A program made the translations under genes and the position numbers. The notes under the pieces were generated by a model. It did not search any database, was not told the origin of the DNA, and saw nothing but the letters and a program-made list of their open reading frames with translations. From Eledone cirrhosa (taxonomy: Eukaryota), in assembly GCA_964016885.1 (NCBI GenBank), contig OZ024742.1:165416001-165480000 (forward strand): 64,000 bases of DNA, written 5' to 3'. Positions 23,763 through 37,959 of the stretch are shown here, in pieces; within the stretch, counting starts at the first letter, position 1, and every line of letters starts with the position of its first letter.

Positions 23763-26700
23763 CTTGGACGGCTGGAAATTATCTCCCCTTGGACGGCTGG
23801 AAATTATCTCCCCTTGATTTTTTTTACAAATTATCTCCCCCTGATTTTTTTTTACAAATTATCTCCCCCTGATTTTTTTTACAAATTATCTCCCCCTGAT
23901 TTTTTTTTACAAATTATTTCCCCCTGATTTTTTTACAAATTATCTCCCCCCTGATTTTTTTTACAATTTCCGCCTGATTTTTTTAAAAATTATCTTCCCT
24001 TGGCTGGCGGGAAATTATCTCCCCTTGGACGGCTGGAAATTATATCCCCTTGGAAGGATGGAAATTATCTCCCCTTGGACGGCTGGAAATTATCTCCCCT
24101 TGGACGGCTGGAAATTATCTCCCCTTGGACAGCTGGAAATTATCTGCCCTTGATTTTGTTTTTACAAATTATCTCCCCCTGATTTTTTTTACAAATTATC
24201 TCCACCTGATTTTTTAAAAAATTATCTCCCCTTGGACGGCTGGAAATTATCTCCCCTTGATTTTTTTTACAAATTATCTCCCCCTGATTTTTTTTTACAA
24301 ATTATCTCCCCCTGATTTTTTTTACAAATTATCTCCCCCTGATTTTTTTTTACAAATTATCTCACCCTGATTTTTTTTACAAATTATCTCTCCCTGATTT
24401 TTTTACAAATTATCTCCCCTTGGCTGGCTGGAAATTATCTCCCCTTGGAGGCTGGAATTTATCTCCCCTTGGACGGCTAGAAATTACCTCTCCTTGGACG
24501 GCTGGAAAATATGTCTCCTTGGACGGCTGGATATTATCTACCCTTGGACGGCTGGAAATTATCTCCCCTTGGACGGCTGGAAATTATCTCCTCTTGGACG
24601 GCTAGATATTACCTCCCCTTGGACGGCTGGAAATTATCTCCCCTTGATTTTTTTACAAATTATCTCCCCCTGATTTTTTTATAAATTATCTCCCCCTGAT
24701 TTTTTTTACAAATTATCTCCGCCTAATTTTTTTAAATATTATCTTCCCTTGGCTGGCGGGAAATTATCTCCCCTTGGACGGCTGAAAATTATCTCCCCTT
24801 GGACGGCTGGAAATTATCTCCCCTTGATTTTTTTTACAAATTATCTCCCCCTGATTTTTTTTTAAAAATTATCTCCCCCTGATTTTTTTTACAAATTATC
24901 TCCTCCTGATTTTTTTACAAATTATCTCCCCTTGGCTGGCTGGAAATTATCTCCCCTTGGAGGCTGGAATTTATCTCCCCTTGGACGGCTAGAAATTACC
25001 TCTCCTTGGAAGGCTGGAAAATATGTCCTTGGACGGCTGGATATTATCTACCCTTGGACGGCTGGAAATTATCTCCCCTTGGACGGCTGGAAATTATCTC
25101 CCCTTGGACGGCTAGATATTACCTCCCCTTGGACGGCTGAAAATTATCTCCCCTTGGACGGCTGGAAATTATCTCCCCTTGATTTTTTTTACAAATTATC
25201 TCCCCCTGATTATTTTTTACAAATTATCCCCTGATTTTTTTTTTACAAATTATCTCCCCCTGATTTTTTTTACAAATTATCTCCCCCTGATTTTTTTACA
25301 AATTATCTCCCCTTGGCTGGCTGGAAATTATCTCCCATTGGAGGCTGGAATTTATCTCCCCTTGGACGGTTAGAAATTACCTCCCCTTGGACGGCTGGAA
25401 AATATGTCTCCTTGGACGGCTGGAAATTATCGCCCCTTGGACGGCTGGAAATTATCTCCCCTTGGACGGCTGGAAATTATCTCTCATCGGACGGCTAGAA
25501 ATTACCTCTCCTTGGACAGCTGAAAATTATCTCCCCTTGGACGGCTGGAAATTATCTCCCCTTGATTTTTTTTACAAATTATCTCCCCCTGATTTTTTTT
25601 TACAAATTATCTCCCCCTGATTTTTTTTTACAAATTATCTCCCCCTGATTTTTTTTTACAAATTATCTCCCCCTGATATTTTTTACAAATTATCTCCCCC
25701 TGATTTTTTTACAAATTATCTCCCCTTGGCTGGCTGGAAATTATCTCCCCTTGGAGGCTGGAATTTATCTCCCCTTGGACGGCTAGAAATTACCTCGCCT
25801 TGGACGGCTGGAAAATATGTCTCCTTGGACGGCTGGAAATTATCTCCCCTTGGACGGCTGGAAATTATCTCCCCTTGGACAGCTGGAAATTATCTCCCCT
25901 TGGACGGCTAGATATTACCTCCCCTTGGACGGCTGGAAATTATCTCCCCTTGATTTTTTTTACAAATTATCTCCCCCTGATTTTTTTTTACAAATTATCT
26001 CCCCCTGATTTTTTTTTACGAATTATCTCCCCCCGATTTTTTTTTACAAATTATCTCCGCCTGATTTTTTTTTAAAAATTATCTCCCCTTGAACGGCTGG
26101 AAATTATCTCCCCTTGGACGGCTGGAAATTATCTCCCCTTGGACGGCTAGAAATTACCTCTCCTTGGACGGCTGAAAATTATCTCCCCTTGGACGGCTGC
26201 AAATTATCTCCCCTTGATTTTTTAACAAATTATCTCCCCCTGATTTTTTTTTACAAATTATCTCCCCCTGATTTTTTTTTACAAATTATCTCCCCCTGAT
26301 TTTTTTTTACAAATTATCTCCCCCTGATTTTTTTACAAATTATCTCCCCCTGATTTTTTTTACAATCTCCGCCTGATTTTTTAAAAAATTATCTTCCCTT
26401 GGCTGGCGGGAAATTATCTCCCCTTGGACGGCTGGAAATTATCTCCCCTTGGACGGCTGGAAATTATCTCCCCTTGGACAGCTGGAAATTATCTGCCCTT
26501 GATTTTGTTTTTACAAATTATCTCCCCCTGATTTTTTTTACAAATTATCTCCACCTGATTTTTTAAAAAATTATCTCCCCTTGGACGGCTGGAAATTATC
26601 TCCCCTTGATTTTTTTACAAATTATCTCCCCCTGATTTTTTTTACAAATTATCTCCCCCTGATTTTATGTTACAAATTATCTCCCCCTGATTTTTTTTTA

Positions 26701-29700
26701 CAAATTATCTCCCCCTGATTTTTTTTTACAAATTATCTCCCCCTGATTTTTTTTTACAAATTATCTCACCCTGATTTTTTTTACAAATTATCTCTCCCTG
26801 ATTTTTTTACAAATTATCTCCCCTTGGCTGGCTGGAAATTATCTCCCCTTGGAGGCTGGAATTTATCTCCCCTTGGACGGCTAGAAATTACCTCTCCTTG
26901 GACGGCTGGAAAATATGTCTCCTTGGACGGCTGGATATTATCTACCCTTGGACGGCTGGAAATTATCTCCCCTTGGACGGCTGGAAATTATCTCCTCTTG
27001 GACGGCTAGATATTACCTCCCCTTGGACGGCTGGAAATTATCTCCCCCTGATTTTTTTTTACAAATTATCTCCCCCTGATTTTTTTTTACAAATTATCTC
27101 CCCCTGATTTTTTTACAAATTATCTCCCCCTGATTTTTTTTACAATCTCCGCCTGATTTTTTAAAAAATTATCTTCCCTTGGCTGGCGGGAAATTATCTC
27201 CCCTTGGACGGCTGGAAATTATCTCCCCTTGGACGGCTGGAAATTATCTCCCCTTGGACAGCTGGAAATTATCTGCCCTTGATTTTGTTTTTACAAATTA
27301 TCTCCCCCTGATTTTTTTTACAAATTATCTCCACCTGATTTTTTAAAAAATTATCTCCCCTTGGACGGCTGGAAATTATCTCCCCTTGATTTTTTTACAA
27401 ATTATCTCCCCCTGATTTTTTTTACAAATTATCTCCCCCTGATTTTATGTTACAAATTATCTCCCCCTGATTTTTTTTTACAAATTATCTCCCCCTGATT
27501 TTTTTTTACAAATTATCTCCCCCTGATTTTTTTTTACAAATTATCTCACCCTGATTTTTTTTACAAATTATCTCTCCCTGATTTTTTTACAAATTATCTC
27601 CCCTTGGCTGGCTGGAAATTATCTCCCCTTGGAGGCTGGAATTTATCTCCCCTTGGACGGCTAGAAATTACCTCTCCTTGGACGGCTGGAAAATATGTCT
27701 CCTTGGACGGCTGGATATTATCTACCCTTGGACGGCTGGAAATTATCTCCCCTTGGACGGCTGGAAATTATCTCCTCTTGGACGGCTAGATATTACCTCC
27801 CCTTGGACGGCTGGAAATTATCTCCCCTTGATTTTTTTACAAATTATCTCCCCCTGATTTTTTTACAAATTATCTCCCCCTGATTTTTTTTACAAATTAT
27901 CTCCGCCTAATTTTTTTAAATATTATCTCCCCTTGGACGGCTGGAAATTATCTCCCCTTGGACGGCTGGAAATTATCTCCCCTTGGACAGCTGGAAATTA
28001 TCTGCCCTTGATTTTGTTTTTACAAATTATCTCCCCCTGATTTTTTTTACAAATTATCTCCACCTGATTTTTTAAAAAATTATCTCCCCTTGGACGGCTG
28101 GAAATTATCTCCCCTTGATTTTTTTACAAATTATCTCCCCCTGATTTTTTTTACAAATTATCTCCCCCTGATTTTATGTTACAAATTATCTCCCCCTGAT
28201 TTTTTTTTACAAATTATCTCCCCCTGATTTTTTTTTACAAATTATCTCCCCCTGATTTTTTTTTACAAATTATCTCACCCTGATTTTTTTTACAAATTAT
28301 CTCTCCCTGATTTTTTTACAAATTATCTCCCCTTGGCTGGCTGGAAATTATCTCCCCTTGGAGGCTGGAAATTATCTCCCCTTGGACAGCTGGAAATTAT
28401 CTGCCCTTGATTTTGTTTTTACAAATTATCTCCCCCTGATTTTTTAAAAAATTATCTTCCCTTGGCTGGCGGTAAATTATCTCCCCTTGGACGGCTGGAA
28501 ATTATCTCCCCTTGGACGGCTGGAAATTATCTCCCCTTGGACAGCTGGAAATTATCTGCCCTTGATTTTGTTTTTACAAATTATCTCCCCCTGATTTTTT
28601 TTACAAATTATCTCCACCTGATTTTTTAAAAAATTATCTCCCCTTGGACGGCTGGAAATTATCTCCCCTTGATTTTTTTACAAATTATCTCCCCCTGATT
28701 TTTTTTACAAATTATCTCCCCCTGATTTTATGTTACAAATTATCTCCCCCTGATTTTTTTTTACAAATTATCTCCCCCTGATTTTATGTTACAAATTATC
28801 TCCCCCTGATTTTTTTACAAATTATCTCCCCCTGATTTTTTTTACAAATTATCTCCGCCTGATTTTTTTAAATATTATCTTCCCTTGGCTGGCGGGAAAT
28901 TATCTCCCCTTGGACGGCTGGAAATTATCTCCCCTTGATTTTTTTTACAAATTATCTCCCCCTGATTTTTTTTTACAAATTATCTCCCCCTGATTTTTTT
29001 TTACAAATTATCTCCCCCTGATTTTTTTTTACAAATTATCTCCCCCTGATTTTTTTTTACAAATCTCCCCCTGATTTTTTTATAAATTATCTCCCCTTGG
29101 CTGGCTGGAAATTATCTCCCCTTGGAGGCTGGAATTTATCTCCCCTTGGACGGCTAGAAATTACCTCTCCTTGGATGGCTGGAAAATATGTCTCCTTGGA
29201 CGGCTGGATATTATCTACCCTTGGACGGCTGGAAATTATCTCCCCTTGGACGGCTGGAAATTATCTCCCCTTGGACGGCTAGATATTACCTCCCATTGGA
29301 CGGCTGGAAATTATCTCCCCTTGATTTTTTTTACAAATTATCTCCCCCTGATTTTTTTTTACGAATTATCTCCCCCTGATTTTTTTTTACAAATTATCTC
29401 CGCCTGATTTTTTTTTAAAAATTATCTCCCCTTGAACGGCTGGAAATTATCTCCCCTTGGACGGCTGGAAATTATCTCCCCTTGGACGGCTAGAAATTAC
29501 CTCTCCTTGGACGGCTGAAAATTATCTCCCCTTGGACGGCTGCAAATTATCTCCCCTTGATTTTTTTAACAAATTATCTCCCCCTGATTTTTTTTTACAA
29601 ATTATCTCCCCCTGATTTTTTTTACAAATTATCTACGCCTAATTTTTTTTACAAATTATCTCCCCCTGATTTTTTTTTACAAATTATCTCCCCCTGATTT

Positions 29701-31254
29701 TTTTTACAAATTATCTCCCCTTGGCTGGCTGGAAATTATCTCCCCTTGGAGGCTGGAATTTATCTCCCCTTGGACGGTTAGAAATTACCTCTCCTTGGAC
29801 TGCTGGAAAATATGTCTCCTTGGACGGCTGGAAATTATCTCCCCTTGGACGGCTGGAAATTATCTCCCCTTGGACGGCTGGAAATTATCTCTCCTCGGAC
29901 GACTAGAAATTACCTCTCCTTGGACAGCTGAAAATTATCTCCCCTTGGACGGCTGGAAATTATCTCCCCTTGATTTTTTTTACAAATTATCTCCCCCTGA
30001 TTTATTTTACAAATTATCTCCCCCTGATTTTTTTTTACAAATTATCTCCCCCTGATTTTTTTTACAAATTATCTCCCCCTGATATTTTTTACAAATTATC
30101 TCCCCCTGATTTTTTTACAAATTATCTCCCCTTGGCTGGCTGGAAATTATCTACCCTTGGAGGCTGGAATTTATCTCCCCTTGGACGGCTAGAAATTACC
30201 TCGCCTTGGACGGCTGGAAAATATGTCTCCTTGGACGGCTGGAAATTATCTCCCCTTGGACGGCTGGAAATTATCTCCCCTTGGACGGCTGGAAATTATC
30301 TCCCCTTGGACGGCTAGATATTACCTCCCCTTGGACGGCTGGAAATTATCTCCCCTTGATTTTTTTTACAAATTATCTCCCCCTGATTTTTTTTTACAAA
30401 TTATCTCCCCCTGATTTTTTTTTACGAAGTATCTCCCCCTGATTTTTTTTTACAAATTATCTCCGCCTGATTTTTTTTTAAAAATTATCTCCCCTTGAAC
30501 GGCTGGAAATTATCTCCCCTTGGACGGCTGGAAATTATCTCCCCTTGGACGGCTAGAAATTACCTCTCCTTGGACGGCTGAAAATTATCTCCCATTGGAC
30601 GGCTGCAAATTATCTCCCCTTGATTTTTTAACAAATTATCTCCCCCTGATTTTTTTTTACAAATTATCTCCCCCTGATTTTTTTTACAAATTATCTCCCC
30701 CTGATTTTTTTTTACAAATTATTTCCCCCTGATTTTTTTCCGCCTAATTTTTTTTACAAATTATCTCCCCCTGATTTTTTTTTACAAATTATCTCCCCCT
30801 GATTTTTTTTACAAATTATCTCCCCCTGATTTTTTTTTACAAATTATTTCCCCCTGATTTTTTTACAAATTATCTCCCCCTGATTTTTTTTTACAAATTA
30901 TCTCCCCCTGATATTTTTTACAAATTATCTCCCCCTGATTTTTTTACAAATTATCTCCCCTTGGCTGGCTGGAAATTATCTCCCCTTGGAGGCTGGAATT
31001 TATCTCCCCTTGGACGGCTAGAAATTACCTCGCCTTGGACGGCTGGAAAATATGTCTCCTTGGACGGCTGGAAATTATCTCCCCTTGGACGGCTGGAAAT
31101 TATCTCCCCTTGGACAGCTGGAAATTATCTCCCCTTGGACGGCTAGATATTACCTCCCCTTGGACGGCTGGAAATTATCTCCCCTTGATTTTTTTTACAA
31201 ATTATCTCCCCCTGATTTTTTTTTACAAATTATCTCCCCCTGATTTTTTTTTAC
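23763..31254 (+). repeat. 7.5 kb segment, copy 2
   Basis: Constant offset of +23,762 from positions 1-7492. One SNP was noticed (24682 T vs C at 920 and 57346). It diverges from the other copies at 31255. Confidence 0.93.
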
Positions 31255-31814
31255 AAATTATCTCCCCCTGATTTTTTTTTACAAATTATCTCACCCTGAT
31301 TTTTTTTACAAATTATCTCTCCCTGATTTTTTTACAAATTATCTCCCCTTGGCTGGCTGGAAATTATCTCCCCTTGGAGGCTGGAATTTATCTCCCCTTG
31401 GACGGCTAGAAATTACCTCTCCTTGGACGGCTGGAAAATATGTCTCCTTGGACGGCTGGATATTATCTACCCTTGGACGGCTGGAAATTATCTCCCCTTG
31501 GACGGCTGGAAATTATCTCCTCTTGGACGGCTAGATATTACCTCCCCTTGGACGGCTGGAAATTATCTCCCCTTGATTTTTTTACAAATTATCTCCCCCT
31601 GATTTTTTTACAAATTATCTCCCCCTGATTTTTTTTACAAATTATCTCCGCCTAATTTTTTTAAATATTATCTTCCCTTGGCTGGCGGGAAATTATCTCC
31701 CCTTGGACGGCTGAAAATTATCTCCCCTTGGACGGCTGGAAATTATCTCCCCTTGATTTTTTTTACAAATTATCTCCCCCTGATTTTTTTTTACAAATTA
31801 TCTCCCCCTGATTT

Positions 31815-34800
31815 TTTTTACAAATTATCTCCCCCTGATTTTTTTTACAAATTATCTCCACCTGATTTTTTAAAAAATTATCTCCCCTTGGACGGCTGGA
31901 AATTATCTCCCCTTGATTTTTTTTACAAATTATCTCCCCCTGATTTTTTTTTACAAATTATCTCCCCCTGATTTTTTTTTACAAATTATCTCCCCCTGAT
32001 TTTTTTTTACAAATTATCTCACCCTGATTTTTTTTACAAATTATCTCTCCCTGATTTTTTTACAAATTATCTCCCCTTGGCTGGCTGGAAATTATCTCCC
32101 CTTGGAGGCTGGAATTTATCTCCCCTTGGACGGCTAGAAATTACCTCTCCTTGGACGGCTGGAAAATATGTCTCCTTGGACGGCTGGATATTATCTACCC
32201 TTGGACGGCTGGAAATTATCTCCCCTTGGACGGCTGGAAATTATCTCCTCTTGGACGGCTAGATATTACCTCCCCTTGGACGGCTGGAAATTATCTCCCC
32301 TTGATTTTTTTACAAATTATCTCCCCCTGATTTTTTTACAAATTATCTCCCCCTGATTTTTTTTACAAATTATCTCCGCCTAATTTTTTTAAATATTATC
32401 TTCCCTTGGCTGGCGGGAAATTATCTCCCCTTGGACGGCTGAAAATTATCTCCCCTTGGACGGCTGGAAATTATCTCCCCTTGATTTTTTTTACAAATTA
32501 TCTCCCCCTGATTTTTTTTTACAAATTATCTCCCCCTGATTTTTTTTACAAATTATCTCCTCCTGATTTTTTTACAAATTATCTCCCCTTGGCTGGCTGG
32601 AAATTATCTCCCCTTGGAGGCTGGAATTTATCTCCCCTTGGACGGCTAGAAATTACCTCTCCTTGGAAGGCTGGAAAATATGTCCTTGGACGGCTGGATA
32701 TTATCTACCCTTGGACGGCTGGAAATTATCTCCCCTTGGACGGCTGGAAATTATCTCCCCTTGGACGGCTAGATATTACCTCCCCTTGGACGGCTGAAAA
32801 TTATCTCCCCTTGGACGGCTGGAAATTATCTCCCCTTGATTTTTTTTACAAATTATCTCCCCCTGATTATTTTTTACAAATTATCCCCTGATTTTTTTTT
32901 TACAAATTATCTCCCCCTGATTTTTTTTACAAATTATCTCCCCCTGATTTTTTTACAAATTATCTCCCCTTGGCTGGCTGGAAATTATCTCCCATTGGAG
33001 GCTGGAATTTATCTCCCCTTGGACGGTTAGAAATTACCTCCCCTTGGACGGCTGGAAAATATGTCTCCTTGGACGGCTGGAAATTATCGCCCCTTGGACG
33101 GCTGGAAATTATCTCCCCTTGGACGGCTGGAAATTATCTCTCATCGGACGGCTAGAAATTACCTCTCCTTGGACAGCTGAAAATTATCTCCCCTTGGACG
33201 GCTGGAAATTATCTCCCCTTGATTTTTTTTACAAATTATCTCCCCCTGATTTTTTTTTACAAATTATCTCCCCCTGATTTTTTTTTACAAATTATCTCCC
33301 CCTGATTTTTTTTTACAAATTATCTCCCCCTGATATTTTTTACAAATTATCTCCCCCTGATTTTTTTACAAATTATCTCCCCTTGGCTGGCTGGAAATTA
33401 TCTCCCCTTGGAGGCTGGAATTTATCTCCCCTTGGACGGCTAGAAATTACCTCGCCTTGGACGGCTGGAAAATATGTCTCCTTGGACGGCTGGAAATTAT
33501 CTCCCCTTGGACGGCTGGAAATTATCTCCCCTTGGACAGCTGGAAATTATCTCCCCTTGGACGGCTAGATATTACCTCCCCTTGGACGGCTGGAAATTAT
33601 CTCCCCTTGATTTTTTTTACAAATTATCTCCCCCTGATTTTTTTTTACAAATTATCTCCCCCTGATTTTTTTTTACGAATTATCTCCCCCCGATTTTTTT
33701 TTACAAATTATCTCCGGCTGATTTTTTTTTAAAAATTATCTCCCCTTGAACGGCTGGAAATTATCTCCCCTTGGACGGCTGGAAATTATCTCCCCTTGGA
33801 CGGCTAGAAATTACCTCTCCTTGGACGGCTGAAAATTATCTCCCCTTGGACGGCTGCAAATTATCTCCCCTTGATTTTTTAACAAATTATCTCCCCCTGA
33901 TTTTTTTTTACAAATTATCTCCCCCTGATTTTTTTTTACAAATTATCTCCCCCTGATTTTTTTTTACAAATTATCTCCCCCTGATTTTTTTACAAATTAT
34001 CTCCCCCTGATTTTTTTTACAATCTCCGCCTGATTTTTTAAAAAATTATCTTCCCTTGGCTGGCGGGAAATTATCTCCCCTTGGACGGCTGGAAATTATC
34101 TCCCCTTGGACGGCTGGAAATTATCTCCCCTTGGACAGCTGGAAATTATCTGCCCTTGATTTTGTTTTTACAAATTATCTCCCCCTGATTTTTTTTACAA
34201 ATTATCTCCACCTGATTTTTTAAAAAATTATCTCCCCTTGGACGGCTGGAAATTATCTCCCCTTGATTTTTTTACAAATTATCTCCCCCTGATTTTTTTT
34301 ACAAGTTATCTCCCCCTGATTTTATGCTACAAATTATCTCCCCCTGATTTTTTTACAAATTATCTCCCCCTGATTTTTTTTACAAATTATCTCCGCCTGA
34401 TTTTTTTAAATATTATCTTCCCTTGGCTGGCGGGAAATTATCTCCCCTTGGACGGCTGGAAATTATCTCCCCTTGATTTTTTTTACAAATTATCTCCCCC
34501 TGATTTTTTTTTACAAATTATCTCCCCCTGATTTTTTTTTACAAATTATCTCCCCCTGATTTTTTTTTACAAATTATCTCCCCCTGATTTTTTTTTACAA
34601 ATCTCCCCCTGATTTTTTTATAAATTATCTCCCCTTGGCTGGCTGGAAATTATCTCCCCTTGGAGGCTGGAATTTATCTCCCCTTGGACGGCTAGAAATT
34701 ACCTCTCCTTGGATGGCTGGAAAATATGTCTCCTTGGACGGCTGGATATTATCTACCCTTGGACGGCTGGAAATTATCTCCCCTTGGACGGCTGGAAATT

Positions 34801-37435
34801 ATCTCCCCTTGGACGGCTAGATATTACCTCCCATTGGACGGCTGGAAATTATCTCCCCTTGATTTTTTTTACAAATTATCTCCCCCTGATTTTTTTTTAC
34901 GAATTATCTCCCCCTGATTTTTTTTTACAAAGTATCTCCGCCTGATTTTTTTTTAAAAATTATCTCCCCTTGAACGGCTGGAAATTATCTCCCCTTGGAC
35001 GGCTGGAAATTATCTCCCCTTGGACGGCTAGAAATTACCTCTCCTTGGACGGCTGAAAATTATCTCCCCTTGGACGGCTGCAAATTATCTCCCCTTGATT
35101 TTTTTAACAAATTATCTCCCCCTGATTTTTTTTTACAAATTATCTCCCCCTGATTTTTTTTACAAATTATCTACGCCTAATTTTTTTTACAAATTATCTC
35201 CCCCTGATTTTTTTTTACAAATTATCTCCCCCTGATTTTTTTTACAAATTATCTCCCCTTGGCTGGCTGGAAATTATCTCCCCTTGGAGGCTGGAATTTA
35301 TCTCCCCTTGGACGGTTAGAAATTACCTCTCCTTGGACTGCTGGAAAATATGTCTCCTTGGACGGCTGGAAATTATCTCCCCTTGGACGGCTGGAAATTA
35401 TCTCCCCTTGGACGGCTGGAAATTATCTCTCCTCGGACGACTAGAAATTACCTCTCCTTGGACAGCTGAAAATTATCTCCCCTTGGACGGCTGGAAATTA
35501 TCTCCCCTTGATTTTTTTTACAAATTATCTCCCCCTGATTTATTTTACAAATTATCTCCCCCTGATTTTTTTTTACAAATTATCTCCCCCTGATTTTTTT
35601 TACAAATTATCTCCCCCTGATATTTTTTACAAATTATCTCCCCCTGATTTTTTTACAAATTATCTCCCCTTGGCTGGCTGGAAATTATCTACCCTTGGAG
35701 GCTGGAATTTATCTCCCCTTGGACGGCTAGAAATTACCTCGCCTTGGACGGCTGGAAAATATGTCTCCTTGGACGGCTGGAAATTATCTCCCCTTGGACG
35801 GCTGGAAATTATCTCCCCTTGGACGGCTGGAAATTATCTCCCCTTGGACGGCTAGATATTACCTCCCCTTGGACGGCTGGAAATTATCTCCCCTTGATTT
35901 TTTTTACAAATTATCTCCCCCTGATTTTTTTTTACAAATTATCTCCCCCTGATTTTTTTTTACGAAGTATCTCCCCCTGATTTTTTTTTACAAATTATCT
36001 CCGCCTGATTTTTTTTTAAAAATTATCTCCCCTTGAACGGCTGGAAATTATCTCCCCTTGGACGGCTGGAAATTATCTCCCCTTGGACGGCTAGAAATTA
36101 CCTCTCCTTGGACGGCTGAAAATTATCTCCCATTGGACGGCTGCAAATTATCTCCCCTTGATTTTTTAACAAATTATCTCCCCCTGATTTTTTTTTACAA
36201 ATTATCTCCCCCTGATTTTTTTTTACAAATTATCTACGCCTAATTTTTTTTACAAATTATCTCCCCCTGATTTTTTTTTACAAATTATCTCCCCCTGATT
36301 TTTTTTACAAATTATCTCCCCCTGATTTTTTTTACAAATTATTTCCCCCTGATTTTTTTACAAATTATCTCCCCCCTGATTTTTTTTACAATCTCCGCCT
36401 GATTTTTTTAAAAATTATCTTCCCTTGGCTGGCGGGAAATTATCTCCCCTTGGACGGCTGGAAATTATATCCCCTTGGAAGGATGGAAATTATCTCCCCT
36501 TGGATGGCTGGAAATTATCTCCCCTTGGACGGCTGGAAATTATCTCCCCTTGGACAGCTGGAAATTATCTGTCCTTGATTTTGTTTTTACAAATTATCTC
36601 CCCCTGATTTTTTTTACAAATTATCTCCACCTGATTTTTTAAAAAATTATCTCCCCTTGGACGGCTGGAAATTATCTCCCCTTGATTTTTTTTACAAATT
36701 ATCTCCCCCTGATTTTTTTTTACAAATTATCTCCCCCTGATTTTTTTTTACAAATTATCTCCCCCTGATTTTTTTTTACAAATTATCTCACCCTGATTTT
36801 TTTACAAATTATCTCTCCCTGATTTTTTTACAAATTATCTCCCCTTGGCTGGCTGGAAATTATCTCCCCTTGGAGGCTGGAATTTATCTCCCCTTGGACG
36901 GCTAGAAATTACCTCTCCTTGGACGGCTGGAAAATATGTCTCCTTGGACGGCTGGATATTATCTACCCTTGGACGGCTGGAAATTATCTCCCCTTGGACG
37001 GCTGGAAATTATCTCCTCTTGGACGGCTAGATATTACCTCCCCTTGGACGGCTGGAAATTATCTCCCCTTGATTTTTTTACAAATTATCTCCCCCTGATT
37101 TTTTTACAAATTATCTCCCCCTGATTTTTTTTACAAATTATCTCCGCCTAATTTTTTTAAATATTATCTTCCCTTGGCTGGCGGGAAATTATCTCCCCTT
37201 GGACGGCTGAAAATTATCTCCCCTTGGACGGCTGGAAATTATCTCCCCTTGATTTTTTTTACAAATTATCTCCCCCTGATTTTTTTTTACAAATTATCTC
37301 CCCCTGATTTTTTTTACAAATTATCTCCCCCTGATTTTTTTACAAATTATCTCCCCTTGGCTGGCTGGAAATTATCTCCCCTTGGAGGCTGGAATTTATC
37401 TCCCCTTGGACGGCTAGAAATTACCTCTCCTTGGA
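31815..37435 (+). repeat. 5.6 kb third copy of 11273-16893
   Basis: Constant offset of +20,542 (11535/32077 through 16632/37174). The rare variants ACAAGTTATC (G at 13763/34305/46455), TTTATGCTAC and TCCGGCTGA are shared by the three copies. Confidence 0.92.
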
Positions 37436-37959
37436 CGGCTGGAAAATATTTCTCCTTGGACGGCTGGATATTATCTACCCTTGGACGGGTGGAAATTATC
37501 TCCCCTTGGACGGCTGGAAATTATCTCCCCTTGGACGGCTAGATATTACCTCCCCTTGGACGACTGGAAATTATCTCCCCTTGATTTTTTTTACAAATTA
37601 TCTCCCCCTGATTTTTTTTTTACAAATTATCTCCCCCTGATTTTTTTACAAATTATCTCCCCCTGATTTTTTTTACAAATTATCTCCGCCTGATTTTTTT
37701 AAATATTATCTTCTCTTGGCTGGCGGGAAATTATCTCCCCTTGGACGGCTGAAAATTATCACCCCTTGGACGGCTGGAAATTATCTCCCCTTGATTTTTT
37801 TTACAAATTATCTCCCCCTGATTTTTTTTAAAAAATTATCTCCCCCTGATTTTTTTTTACAAATTATCTCCCCCTGATTTTTTTTTACAAATTATCTCCC
37901 CCTGATTTTTTTTACAAATTATCTCCCCCTGATTTTTTTACAAATTATCTCCCCTTGGC

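Larger units (their letters stand above)
10805..31254 (+). repeat. ~20.4 kb segmental duplication, copy 1
   Basis: Offset is +32,692 (11114/43806; 13696/46388), then +32,664 after loss of one 28-bp B monomer (14093/46757 through 30961/63625). Shared rare variants include TACGATCTCC (19647/52311), CCTGTTGG (~20699/53363) and TAGAACTTAC (~21771/54435). Confidence 0.93.
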
